NCBI GenBank assembly: GCA_044221725.1
Contig: JBGAON010000001.1
Coordinates: forward strand, 160,001-224,000
Length of the DNA stretch: 64,000 nucleotides
DNA from: Elusimicrobiota bacterium
GTDB lineage: Bacteria; Elusimicrobiota; Elusimicrobia; F11
Direction of reading: 5' to 3'
Part shown: piece by piece, positions 1 to 10,700 of the stretch
Layout: each line of letters opens with the position of its first letter
Numbering within the stretch: the first letter of the stretch is position 1
Position numbers and translations under genes: made by a program
The notes under the pieces: model-generated
The model's input: only the letters and a program-made list of their open reading frames with translations
Databases searched by the model: none
What the model was told of the DNA's origin: nothing

Positions 1-1038
1 GTGATTATCGAAAAGCCCTTCGGGCATTCGATCGAATCGGCGCAGGCGCTCAATTCAGAAATCACCAAGATTCTGCACGAAGAACAGATTTACCGTATCG
101 ATCATTATTTGGCGAAAGAAACCGTGCAGAACATCCTGATGTTTCGGTTTGCAAATCTTATTTTCGAACCGGTATGGAACCGCAATTTCATTGATCACGT
201 ACAGATAACCGCCGCCGAACAGTTGGGCGTGGAACACCGCGCAGGTTATTATGAACAGGCCGGCGTTCTGCGCGACATGTTTCAAAATCACTTGCTGCAA
301 CTTTTAGCGCTCATCGCGATGGAGCCTCCGGTTGACCTGAGTGCCGAAGCCGTTCGCGGAAACCGAAACGACGTGTTGCACGCGATCCGGTGTTTTAAAG
401 AATCGGATATTCCGTCCTATTCCGTGGTGGGCCAATACGCGAAAGGCACGAGCGAAGAGGGGCCTGTGCCCGGATACCGCGAAGAAAAAGGAGTCAATCC
501 AGACTCGCGAATTGCCACGTACGCGGCCGTGCGGTTCGAAATCGACAATTGGCGTTGGCAAGGTGTGCCGTTTTTGGTGCGGTCGGGTAAGCGATTAGCG
601 GAACGGGAAGTTCACATTGCCGTGCACTTCAAATCGGTGCCCACGTCCATTTTTAAGCCCCTTACGGTGGACCAACTATCACCCAACATTCTCACGTTTC
701 GGATCCAACCCGACGAGGGAATTTCAATGGAATTTGAGGCCAAGAAGCCCGGGCCAAAGCTTTGCATCAGTACGGTGCGCATGAATTTTGGCTACCAAGA
801 GACGTTCAAAACAACCCCTCCGGAGTCTTACGCCCGATTGTTCCTCGATGCCATGCTCGGAGATCAAACTCTTTTTGCGCGCAGCGATAGTGTTGAGCAA
901 TCGTGGCGAGTTATCGATCCGATTGTTCGCTACTGGGAAACAAAAACCGATATTCCAATTCCACAATATCCCGCCGGCACCTGGGGCCCCGCTCAGAGCA
1001 ATAGCCTGTTGGCGCAATGCGGGCGGGCCTGGGACTAA
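1..1038 (+). CDS. zwf: Glucose-6-phosphate 1-dehydrogenase (5' end outside window)
   Basis: [25 protein letters not shown] and WRWQGVPF motifs of G6PDH. Confidence 0.97.
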   Translation: MIIEKPFGHSIESAQALNSEITKILHEEQIYRIDHYLAKETVQNILMFRFANLIFEPVWNRNFIDHVQITAAEQLGVEHRAGYYEQAGVLRDMFQNHLLQLLALIAMEPPVDLSAEAVRGNRNDVLHAIRCFKESDIPSYSVVGQYAKGTSEEGPVPGYREEKGVNPDSRIATYAAVRFEIDNWRWQGVPFLVRSGKRLAEREVHIAVHFKSVPTSIFKPLTVDQLSPNILTFRIQPDEGISMEFEAKKPGPKLCISTVRMNFGYQETFKTTPPESYARLFLDAMLGDQTLFARSDSVEQSWRVIDPIVRYWETKTDIPIPQYPAGTWGPAQSNSLLAQCGRAWD

Positions 1039-1082
1039 GGCCTCATTTTTTCGCTGTAAATTCAATCTGATTTTGTCGTTTG

Positions 1083-1099
1083 TTGGTCTGCCCGTTGCA
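1083..1099 (+). promoter_or_regulatory. Candidate sigma54 (-24/-12) promoter of the pilin operon
   Basis: TTGGTCTGCCCGTTGCA: GG(1085-86)-N10-GC(1097-98) with a TTGCA -12 box, about 50 nt upstream of the pilin ATG. Confidence 0.5.
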
Positions 1100-1147
1100 T
1101 ATATCACCTATGCAGGGAACCTATTTTCTAACCAAATGGGGAACACG

Positions 1148-3712
1148 ATGAAAAACGCGAGATATATATATAGGAAGAACCTCAAAGGTATGTCGGTCGT
1201 CGAATTGGTCATGGCGATCTTCGTTTTGACGATTGTGCTCGCCGGATCAATCGCTGTTCTTCAAAAAATGTCCCTTGCCACCATTGTCCATTCGGACCGC
1301 AGCCGTGTAAATTCTTTGATTGAGCAAATGCACATTCAATTGCGAAAAAGCAATTTTTATACGTTGCCGGCCAATGTTCAGATTCCAGGTCCAACAGCAA
1401 TTAACAACCGGTTTGCGGTGTCGGCGACGGTTTCGCCGATTTTGCCGAACAACACCCGGCAGGCCATCATCACGGTTTTGTGGAAAGATCGCGGCCAGGT
1501 TCTAACCAAAGACACGGCTGTGACGCTCGCAGATGAAGGTGCGAGCAACCAACAGACCGGAAGCCTTTACGCGGAAGCAATCGAAGACAACGTGGCCAGC
1601 ACCCCTATCGAAGGCTATTTGTTTGTCGCGGTGCCGGTGGACGATCCTCAATACCGCTCGCAGTACCGCTCGTACGCGCTCACGGACGCAAACGGTCGCG
1701 CGACATTTAACCAGTTAAAAATCGGGAAATGGTTCATTTATCCGCTGGGTCGGCCCGGTGACATTCTGAAAAATTACACGGGGCCTCAACCCTATCGTGA
1801 CTTGACCGCTAATCCGTTGTCGGCATCGGAAGTTGCGTATCCGGCGTTGGTTCGACGCTTTGATTATGATTTTGCGGACGAGCCTTATGGCGATCAGTTT
1901 AAGACGAGCTGGTTTAAGCGATCCAATGCGGCGCAATCCACTGAGATTCCAAACTCTGGTACGTTCCCGTATACGGCAAATATTTTTGACGTCAAAAAGG
2001 ACGAAGTCACAAATAACTTTACGAGCGGCTGGAATCTGAATAACAACGGAGAAGGAACGTTGCGTTTCCGAGTAAAGCGCGCAGGAAATATTGTTGGTCA
2101 AGTGCGCATGACCGTTTCGTCTGCTGGCCCCAATTTCCTTGTGACGGGCGCAGGCCTTCCGAACGTTACGGTGAATGCTGACTTGATCCCGAATGATCTC
2201 ATTCGTGTGCCGCGCGTAAATGTTGGAGACAACTTTTTTTATCTTGGCGAAGTGACTTATTTAAGTAGGAATTATTACGGCAATATGTTCGGTGTCAACG
2301 GGCCGCAGCAATACACGATGCCGTTTGCAATGACCAACCTGAACAACGTCGGCGGCCCACTTCGAAAAATGCAAGCCGTGACGAATGGTGTCGGTCAGTT
2401 CTCACTGATTGCGGCGCAGGGAAATTTGGCTGTGGCCAGTGGCTATGGCACGAATCTGTATAAGCCGTCGGTGAATGGGCCGGTTAATCTTTCTCTCGAC
2501 AACACGCCCCCGGGAACCTATATCGACGGAATCGTCCTTGTTGAAGGCGCCGGTGGAGCGGACAATTACTTGAAACAAATCGGCGCAAACTTTTCCGATA
2601 CGCTCAGCTCAGCGCGTTCGGACACCACCGAGACGTTCGACTACAATTTGGTTCCCGTCTCAGCGCTCGGGAAAATCAAAGCTTTCAACGGAGATAATAT
2701 TCCGTTCGAAATGGCATACGTCGCGTACGATGGCACAACCGTGTTGAGCAAAACGCAGGACAGTGCGGAAGTTGGTGGAAACCACGTCGCGACGTCGACT
2801 CAGGACGCAATCCCAAGCGCATCGCAAACCGACTATAAGAAAGTGGCTTTCACTCCGTTAGCGAACGGAGGCCCTCACCAAGATTTTGATGTGCTGGGTC
2901 AAATAATTGAAGTGTTTCCGGACGGCACATCATCGGATACGTCTGGACAGGTAACATTTGAGGAGAACACTGCGCCCAACGGTCCATTGGTCGGGGGTGG
3001 CAGCTACACCGGAAGCTTCCTGACCGGTGTGAATGCTCAAGCCAAATTCGGTACCGTCTATAAAACGGATTGCATAATTAAGCCGTTTCAGGAAACCCCG
3101 ATTAATTTCGGCCCTTTTCCGCCGGGCGGCCCGAATGCGCGCGGCCTGTTCACGAAGGGCCCGAACTACGTCAAGTTTCCAGATGGCCCCGAATCGGTGG
3201 TTGCGAAGGGTCCGGACTGGGGATTCGCAAATATCGTCAAGTTTTATCGAAAGCTTGTGCCATCTCCATTTTCAGTGCAAGTTGTGGATATGAGTGTTAC
3301 GCCAAACGCACCCGTCCAAGGGGTTCAAGTCTCTTTTAGTCCGTTCGCATGGGGCAATAACCCCACTCTGACGACCGACGTGAACGGAATCGTTGATAAT
3401 TCGAGTGGGCAAATCTTTTTCATCGTGACGAGCCCGACGGCGGCCTATGACTTGATTGCACAGGTATCTGAAACTGGAGGGGCGTGCTACAAAGGCAGCA
3501 AAAGTATCAAGTTTGATCGGACGGATTTGATGTCCAACGTATTTAACCCCGACACGGTGGTGATGGGCGTTCAGCCGTCGAACTGTGGAACAGGAACAAA
3601 CACAAATACCAATACGAACACCAATACGAACACGAATACCAATACGAACACAAACACGAACACAAACACGAATACCAATACCAACACAAACAATAACGGA
3701 TTCCCGGGATGA
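1148..3712 (+). CDS. Very large (854 aa) type IV prepilin-like protein (PilV/GspI position) with beta-rich C-terminal domains and a (TN)16 tail
   Basis: Class III signal KG|MSVVELVMAIFVLTIVLAG (E5) near ATG 1148. The ORF-track start at 788 overlaps zwf and is not credible. Confidence 0.85.
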   Translation: MKNARYIYRKNLKGMSVVELVMAIFVLTIVLAGSIAVLQKMSLATIVHSDRSRVNSLIEQMHIQLRKSNFYTLPANVQIPGPTAINNRFAVSATVSPILPNNTRQAIITVLWKDRGQVLTKDTAVTLADEGASNQQTGSLYAEAIEDNVASTPIEGYLFVAVPVDDPQYRSQYRSYALTDANGRATFNQLKIGKWFIYPLGRPGDILKNYTGPQPYRDLTANPLSASEVAYPALVRRFDYDFADEPYGDQFKTSWFKRSNAAQSTEIPNSGTFPYTANIFDVKKDEVTNNFTSGWNLNNNGEGTLRFRVKRAGNIVGQVRMTVSSAGPNFLVTGAGLPNVTVNADLIPNDLIRVPRVNVGDNFFYLGEVTYLSRNYYGNMFGVNGPQQYTMPFAMTNLNNVGGPLRKMQAVTNGVGQFSLIAAQGNLAVASGYGTNLYKPSVNGPVNLSLDNTPPGTYIDGIVLVEGAGGADNYLKQIGANFSDTLSSARSDTTETFDYNLVPVSALGKIKAFNGDNIPFEMAYVAYDGTTVLSKTQDSAEVGGNHVATSTQDAIPSASQTDYKKVAFTPLANGGPHQDFDVLGQIIEVFPDGTSSDTSGQVTFEENTAPNGPLVGGGSYTGSFLTGVNAQAKFGTVYKTDCIIKPFQETPINFGPFPPGGPNARGLFTKGPNYVKFPDGPESVVAKGPDWGFANIVKFYRKLVPSPFSVQVVDMSVTPNAPVQGVQVSFSPFAWGNNPTLTTDVNGIVDNSSGQIFFIVTSPTAAYDLIAQVSETGGACYKGSKSIKFDRTDLMSNVFNPDTVVMGVQPSNCGTGTNTNTNTNTNTNTNTNTNTNTNTNTNTNTNTNNNGFPG
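3596..3691 (+). repeat. Coding hexamer repeat (ACN AAY)x16 = (Thr-Asn)16
   Basis: Read directly; third codon positions vary (ACA/ACC/ACG, AAC/AAT). Confidence 0.95.
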
Positions 3713-4323
3713 AAAACCGCCGAGGGATGACTCTCGTCGAGATTATCATCACCGTCGCGCTTTTCCTCGTAGTTTCACTGATGGTTTACAGGTCGCTTGG
3801 ATTCATGCGCAACGTCATGTTTCAGCAGTCCCGCTTAACTCAGCTCGTGGCCCTCAATGAATTCAATTACGACCTCGCTCGAACAATACGAAGCGCTCGC
3901 CGTATTCGACCCAATGGAGTGACTTACAAATCGCTTGATCTCGAGCTCTACGATTACAAAAACAATCCTCCGGTCGAGCTTTCCAATCCGCTTCCAATTG
4001 TGAAAGTCATTTCGAAAGGCGCGGTTCAGAACTTCATTCGTGTGGTTTATCGATACGATGACACACAAAATCCTCCGGTGTTTGTTCGGGAGACGTATAA
4101 CCCCCCGACGGCCGCGCTGCCCTCGCAAACCGAAATCCTATTGAAGAATGTTGATCTTTTCCCGCCGCAGGACACGGCCGACGGCTTTTATTTCAAATCA
4201 AATTATCAGGTGGGAAACCTGCCTTCGGACGTTCTGATCGCCATTCGACTTAAATCGCCATTTTTTAAGACGATGTGGACGCCGGTGAACATCGAGGCGG
4301 CGGTGTATGGCCAAGGCATTTAA
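3709..4323 (+). CDS. Type IV minor pilin / pseudopilin (PilW/GspJ-like)
   Basis: RRG|MTLVEIIITVALFLVV prepilin N-terminus; ATGA overlap with the upstream gene. Confidence 0.85.
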   Translation: MKNRRGMTLVEIIITVALFLVVSLMVYRSLGFMRNVMFQQSRLTQLVALNEFNYDLARTIRSARRIRPNGVTYKSLDLELYDYKNNPPVELSNPLPIVKVISKGAVQNFIRVVYRYDDTQNPPVFVRETYNPPTAALPSQTEILLKNVDLFPPQDTADGFYFKSNYQVGNLPSDVLIAIRLKSPFFKTMWTPVNIEAAVYGQGI

Positions 4324-5875
4324 GCGAGGCCACGAGCGGGGCAGTTATTTGGGGATGGTTTTTATTTTTGCAACCGCCCTTATCTTGTTTATCGCGATTA
4401 CGATGTCGATGCTCAATGTGAACGCGAGCCGCTCGAATGTCTTTGTTTGGCGGGATCGTTTGTACAAGATGGCCAACGAAGGTTACATCAAGTCGTTGGC
4501 GCAGATTGGCGTCGACCCGTCGCTGCAAGGTTTTGATAACGGCGTTCATGATTATCCTTCACCGGCTGACAAGTGGGGCCAGTATCAAACGTTTGCTGTC
4601 CGAGCCGAACAGATTCTCACGCAGTTTCCAAACCAATCTGCCGTATCAATTCCGCAGTTATCGAATTCTATTTATCTTGTCGTGAACTCATGGCTGACGG
4701 TCGCAAACGTGCCGGACCCGATCAATTGCCGGATTGCGATGTTTGTTAATGTCGCTGATGCGGCTCGCTATTTTGGCGCGTCTAAAATGACATGGATCAT
4801 TAGTCCCACCGCGAGCGCCGATAAGGTTGATTATTTTGGTCGGAACATAATCATTCGGTACGCCGATGGCCCACCGGCCTTTTTACCGAAAGCGCGTAAT
4901 ATTTTTTACACGCAATCGGCCATGATGATAAATGAAAACAATGCCATGACATCTTTGGCCTCGGGCGCGCTTACGAACAAATTTTCGACTACGGGGCCTT
5001 TCCCGCCGCTGAATTTACCGCCGCCGGCCGGTTTTGGGACGGTAACTCAGTTAACAGCCGATCCGGCATTCCCTCAGTTGGGACAGGCAAATCTCGGCCG
5101 TCTTCTTGGAATTGCAACAACCGGAGTACCGCTCGGTGGCGTTGATTCGTCTTTTTCTCCAGGCACTGGAGTCACGACCGTTTTCCCAGATGAAATTGTT
5201 GCGAAGGGATGGGGAAGTGGAGATCATATCTATCCGCCAGGATGTACCGACGCGGACTGCAGCAACCTCACCACAAACGATCAGTTCAGAAATCATGTTT
5301 ATTATGTGGACGGAGATTTACGCATTCGCGGGATCGTTCACGGCCAAGTCCTGTTTGTCGCAACGGGGAAAATTACGATTACCGGAGACTTGGTTTCTGA
5401 ATCTCTTGCGGGTGTTCCAACGGCATCTCCAGCAAGCGCCTATGACACTCCCGCCATAGCTTATCCCGGTTGTCCGTCGCCCTGTTACGCGGATCGTGCG
5501 CTCAATGTTGGCCGCGAGGAAGCGTCGGTCGCCCATCAGGCGGTTCTTATGACGCCCTCGGCCATGGGTGTGTCTATCGATAACCAAAATATTGATGCCG
5601 CGGCTCAAAGCATTTATCTGCCAAACGATGTTTTAAATCTTGAAGCTCTTATTGTTGCTCCGAACGGCGGTGTTTCTGTTGTGAATGGAACTCCTGCAGG
5701 CCCTTCTCTCAAATGGATGTTCAAAGGAGCATTAATCTTAGGAGCGGCCGCTGACACGAAAGGGAAAATCACGCCGTTCCAACCATCCGAGTATATGGCC
5801 TCGCTTGCCGTACGTCCTCCCCCCTATGTTCCTTGCTTCACACAGCTCGTCTTTTGGAAAGAAGAATACTACTGA
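4307..5875 (+). CDS. PilX/GspK-like minor pilin
   Basis: ERG|SYLGMVFIFATALILFIAITM lacks E5, as in PilX/GspK. C-terminal beta-rich YYVDGDLRIRGIVHGQVLFVATGKITITGDL segment; third gene of the cluster. Confidence 0.7.
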   Translation: MAKAFKRGHERGSYLGMVFIFATALILFIAITMSMLNVNASRSNVFVWRDRLYKMANEGYIKSLAQIGVDPSLQGFDNGVHDYPSPADKWGQYQTFAVRAEQILTQFPNQSAVSIPQLSNSIYLVVNSWLTVANVPDPINCRIAMFVNVADAARYFGASKMTWIISPTASADKVDYFGRNIIIRYADGPPAFLPKARNIFYTQSAMMINENNAMTSLASGALTNKFSTTGPFPPLNLPPPAGFGTVTQLTADPAFPQLGQANLGRLLGIATTGVPLGGVDSSFSPGTGVTTVFPDEIVAKGWGSGDHIYPPGCTDADCSNLTTNDQFRNHVYYVDGDLRIRGIVHGQVLFVATGKITITGDLVSESLAGVPTASPASAYDTPAIAYPGCPSPCYADRALNVGREEASVAHQAVLMTPSAMGVSIDNQNIDAAAQSIYLPNDVLNLEALIVAPNGGVSVVNGTPAGPSLKWMFKGALILGAAADTKGKITPFQPSEYMASLAVRPPPYVPCFTQLVFWKEEYY

Positions 5876-5906
5876 TATCTGCTCCTTTTCCTGCCACGCT
5901 TGAGGC

Positions 5907-7616
5907 ATGAAAAAGTGGTTGTGCCTCCTTCCGCTGGCGACGCTTGTTGCGCTCGTTTATAGCGTTGTAAATCCAAAATGGGCGGAATCGGCTTTCCTCT
6001 ACAGTGGCTACTATTTTATCTGCGCGCTCGTGATGCTGTTTTGCGTCACGTTGTATTCCTACGCGCGTTCCATTAACTTTTCCGCTCGGGATTGCCTGCG
6101 CTTCGATTACCCGGGCATTGTGATTGCTGGAGTGGCGACGGTCATCCTGTTTGGCTCGGTGCGTTGTTATTTCAAAACGCTTAGCGATGAAACGAACCTG
6201 TTGGCCGTTTCGCAATCAATGTATTTCGATCACACGGTATACCTGCGCACGCAGGCCAAGTATTACTACGATAATCTTTATCTCCTGTCGGGACTTGTGC
6301 CGATGCGACCGTTGCTTTTTCCATTTTTAACGAGCGTTCTTCACACCTTTTTTGGATATCACGCGGCGAATGCCTTTGTTTTGAATGGGTTGCTGTCGTT
6401 CATTTTTTTAACGTTTGTGGCCGTCATCGTTCGGCGCGTATCCGATACATACTCGGCCATCGCAGCGGTGCTGCTCGTCGTCTCACAGCCGGTTTATTCT
6501 TTATGTGCGACATCGGCCGGGTTCGACTTGCTGGCGGCCACCTTATTTTTCGCTGTGCTCGGCGGATTGTTCCTGTACCTAAAGAATTTGGACGGCCGTT
6601 CGTTTGGATTGCTATGGATTCTTCTCGTCGCGTTCGCGCACACGCGTTACGAGTCATCCGCCTTTGTTTTTTTTATCTTGCTCGGGCTCTTTGTTTGCCG
6701 ACGCCTGCGTTGGTCGATCATCAAAGAAACAGCGCCGATTGTTGCGTTAACAGCACCGCTGATATTGCCGCTTGTTTGGCAAAAATTGGTGGCGCCATCG
6801 GATTTCGGTAACGAACCAGGGACTGCTGTGTTTGGATTGGAATACGTTGTGAAAAACGGGAAAGAGCTCGTTTCTGGATTGTTCGATTTCAATCGCAAGC
6901 TTCCGTATGCAACGCCGTTGGCCTTAATATCCGCCGTTCTTCTTGCTTGGACTTTGCTCAAGCGAGATTCGAACACTTTGAATCCTTGGCCGAAATATTT
7001 TCGACCGATTGCATGCGCGACCTTTTCGTTTCAATTGATTTTCTATCTCTCGTATTACTTCGGTCGGTATGCGCATCCGTCGTCGGCGCGAATGTTTCTT
7101 ATCTTTTCAATAACAACAGCGCTGTTCCCAATCGTTGTCCATGTTTGTGAGCCAGGGAACACAAAACGGTCGCTGCCAATTCTTGCGAGCGCGCTGCTGT
7201 TGTTTCTCGTTTATCATCCGATTGCGGCGGACGGGCGATTCATCAATCAACTGACTTTAATTCGCGAGTCCGAATTTACATTGGATGTTCTTCGAAAATT
7301 CGGTGATAAGCGCGTGCTTGTGATCACCGATCGGCCCGGCCAGGTGATGACGGTGGGTTATGGTTCAGTCGGGTTTTCCTATGCAAACGGCGGGGTCGGT
7401 GAGCTGAAAACAAATTTCGATCGCCATCTGTTCAGCAAAATACTTGTGTTTCAGCGGATATCTTGCACGACCCACGAGCCGTTGCGATCCGATTCATTGG
7501 ATCCGAGATACCAACTCTCGTCACCGATTGCGGAGCTTCAAACGGATGCTGATGCCTTTGTCCGCGCGTCGCAAGTGGTCGGTGTGAATGATGCACTGGG
7601 CCACGGGTCTCCTTAG
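5907..7616 (+). CDS. Polytopic membrane protein, probable GT-C (ArnT/PMT-like) glycosyltransferase
   Basis: More than 10 hydrophobic segments, SDE motif in an early external loop, soluble C-terminal domain. Confidence 0.6.
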   Translation: MKKWLCLLPLATLVALVYSVVNPKWAESAFLYSGYYFICALVMLFCVTLYSYARSINFSARDCLRFDYPGIVIAGVATVILFGSVRCYFKTLSDETNLLAVSQSMYFDHTVYLRTQAKYYYDNLYLLSGLVPMRPLLFPFLTSVLHTFFGYHAANAFVLNGLLSFIFLTFVAVIVRRVSDTYSAIAAVLLVVSQPVYSLCATSAGFDLLAATLFFAVLGGLFLYLKNLDGRSFGLLWILLVAFAHTRYESSAFVFFILLGLFVCRRLRWSIIKETAPIVALTAPLILPLVWQKLVAPSDFGNEPGTAVFGLEYVVKNGKELVSGLFDFNRKLPYATPLALISAVLLAWTLLKRDSNTLNPWPKYFRPIACATFSFQLIFYLSYYFGRYAHPSSARMFLIFSITTALFPIVVHVCEPGNTKRSLPILASALLLFLVYHPIAADGRFINQLTLIRESEFTLDVLRKFGDKRVLVITDRPGQVMTVGYGSVGFSYANGGVGELKTNFDRHLFSKILVFQRISCTTHEPLRSDSLDPRYQLSSPIAELQTDADAFVRASQVVGVNDALGHGSP

Positions 7617-7650
7617 TCAAGGGCCCCAATGGATTGCCGGCGCTGAGGTC

Positions 7651-7680
7651 TTGCCGCGGGCGGCATACGTGTTCTACAAT
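7651..7680 (+). promoter_or_regulatory. Candidate sigma70 promoter of gltBD
   Basis: TTGCCG-18-TACAAT in the intergenic region. Confidence 0.45.
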
Positions 7681-7756
7681 CCGCGAACGTTTATGAATTG
7701 GATTAACTCGTCAAATTTGTTCCCCAACCGACGCGCTTCCTAAATAAACCCCGACT

Positions 7757-10700
7757 ATGAAAAACGCAGGATTGCCTCCGAAACAGGGCCTCTATGACCC
7801 CCAGCTGGAAAAAGACAGCTGCGGCGTCGGCTTTGTCGTCCATATAAAAGGAAAACAATCGCACCAGATTGTTGAAGATGGGCTCACTATTCTGCGCAAC
7901 CTCGCGCATCGCGGAGCTTGTGGTTGCGACCCGCTCACCGGTGATGGCGCCGGAATTCTCGTTCAAATCCCTCACGCATTCTTTAAGAAGGAAGCCGCCA
8001 ATTTAAAAATCACGTTGCCGGCGCCGGGCGAATACGGTGTCGGTTTTGTGTTTCTGCCCGTGGAAAAAGATGAGCAGGCGTTTTGCATTTCCACGCTCGA
8101 AGCCACCGTTAAAGAAGAAGGACAGCAACTTTTGGGGTGGCGCGACGTGCCGGTTGTGAGCAAATGTATCGGGCACGTGGCCCGCAGTCGCGAGCCGATC
8201 ATCAAACAAATTTTTATTGGAAAGAGTGCGACCATCAAGGATCCGCTTGCGCTCGAGAGAAAATTGCTCGTAATCCGCAAGGTCGCCGAGCGGAAAATCG
8301 CGGCATCCGAACTGCAACACAAAAACATGTTTTATTTGACGAGCTTGTCCTCGGCAACGATCGTCTATAAGGGCCAGTTGATGCCGGACCAGTTGCAATA
8401 TTTCCCGGATCTGTCTGACAAGTCGTTTGAAAGTGCCCTCGCAATGGTTCATTCGCGTTACAGCACGAACACGTTTCCCTCTTGGGACCGCGCGCATCCG
8501 TACCGTTACATTGCGCACAATGGTGAAATCAATACGTTGCGTGGCAACATTAATTGGATGCACGCGCGCGAGACGCTTTTGGCCAACCCCGCGTTCGGCG
8601 AGGACATCAAGAAACTCATGCCGGTCATTAATCCGAACGGATCAGACTCGGCGATGTTCGACAACGTGGTAGAAATGTTAGTGGCCGCTGGTCGCTCGTT
8701 GCCGCACGCGATGCTTATGATGGTGCCCGAAGCCTGGAGTGGCAACGAAGCCATGGACGCTGAGAAAAAAGCTTTTTATGAATACCACTCTTGTCTCATG
8801 GAGCCATGGGATGGCCCCGCTTCCATGGCGTTCACTGACGGAAAAATGATTGGTGCGCTGCTTGATCGAAACGGCTTGCGTCCATCCCGTTATTACGTCA
8901 CCAAAGATGACATGGTGATTATGGCCTCCGAGGTTGGCGTGTTGCCGGTGAATCCGAAAAATGTGGTCACCAAAGGTCGCCTTCAACCGGGCAAAATGTT
9001 TTTGGTCGACACGACGCAAGGACGCATCATTTCTGATGAGGAAATCAAAAAGTCGCTTGTTACCCGCAAGCCGTACGCCACGTGGCTCAAGGACAACATT
9101 GTTCGTTTCGATCGTTTGCCGGAACCACCAAATTACGCGGAGCCTGATCACGCTACCCTTTTAAAACGCCAGAAAGCTTTTGGTTACACGCTCGAAGATC
9201 TGAAGTATGTGCTTCACCCGATGGCCGCCAAGGGCGAAGAAGGCGTGGGATCGATGGGCGAAGACACGCCGCTTGCGGTTTTGTCGGAGCGTCCGAAACT
9301 TCTTTACAACTATTTCAAGCAACTGTTTGCTCAGGTAACGAACCCGGCTATTGATTCCATTCGCGAGGAAGCGGTGATGTCCACCGAAGGAACGCTCGGC
9401 CCCGAAATAAATTTGCTCGACGAAACGCCGGAGCAGTGTCATCAATTGAAATTGCCCCACGCGATTATCGGCAACAAAGACCTCGCGAAAATTCGCGCGA
9501 TCAACGAAGGAAAACTGAAAGCCACTACGATCCCGATCCTTTTCAAGAAAGCGAAAGGGGTGGACGGATTGGCGCCCGCTCTCCAGCAACTTTGTCAGGA
9601 AGCGTCCCGCGCGATCAAAAAGGGTTACACAATCCTCATTCTTTCCGATCGCGGTATTGATGCGGATAACGTGGCCATCCCGGCGCTCTTGGCGACGGCG
9701 GCCGTTCATCACCATTTGATTCGCGAAGGCACGCGCACGAAAGTGGGATTGGCCGTTGAAACCGGTGAGGCGCGCGAATTGCATCATTTTGCATTGCTGA
9801 TTGGATACGGTGCAGGGGCAATCAATCCGTACGGCGCGCTCGAAACGATCGCCGACATGCTCAAGCAGGGACTGCTGCCGAAAGACCTTACGTTCGAGCA
9901 AGCGTTTAAAAATTACATCAAAGCCACGAGAAAAGGTCTTTTGAAAATCATCGCGAAGATGGGAATTTCAACCATTCACAGCTATCGTGGCGCGCAAATT
10001 TTTGAAGCGGTGGGTTTGAATCCGTCCGTCATCGAGAAATACTTTACGTGGACCGCGTCGCGCGTGGCCGGTGTGGACATTGAAACGATTGCCGAAGAAT
10101 GTTTGATCCGTCATCGTCAGGCGTTCCCTGAAGTGGAAGGGGCTGTTGAGGATTACGACGTAGGTGGTTTCTACCAATGGCGCAAAGACGGCGAATATCA
10201 CATGGTGAACCCCACCACGGTCCACAAATTGCAATACGCCGCCCGCACGAACAACCGCGCCGCGTTCAAAGATTTCCAGAAATCGATTGATGAGCGCAAT
10301 CACAATTTGGCGACGCTGCGCGGGCTCATGAAAATAAAATTTGCGGACAAAGCGATCCCCGTAGAAGAAGTGGAGCCGGTGAGCGCTATTGTGAAACGTT
10401 TTTGCACGGGCGCTATGTCTTTCGGTTCCATCAGCCGCGAAGCGCACGAGTCGCTCGCGATTGCCATGAACCGGCTCGGCGGTCGCAGCAACACCGGTGA
10501 AGGCGGCGAAGACGCCGGGCGTTTTCGTCCCGATGCGAACGGTGATTTAAAACGCAGCAAGATCAAACAGGTGGCATCCGGCCGTTTCGGTGTGACGAGC
10601 CATTATCTTGTGAACGCCGATGAAATCCAAATCAAAATTTCCCAAGGCGCAAAACCTGGAGAAGGCGGCCAGTTGCACGGCGCGAAAGTGACCGATGAAA

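Noticed and set aside
788..1147. N-terminal extension of the 974-aa ORF
   Set aside because: It overlaps zwf and the intergenic promoter; the prepilin signal places the start at 1148 (or 1136).
3596..3691. Possible CRISPR or non-coding tandem array
   Set aside because: 6-bp period, no spacers, lies in frame in a gene, and no cas genes are present.
7681..7756. Possible ANTAR target or riboswitch in the gltB leader
   Set aside because: No tandem hairpins with ANTAR-type hexaloops and no terminator seen.
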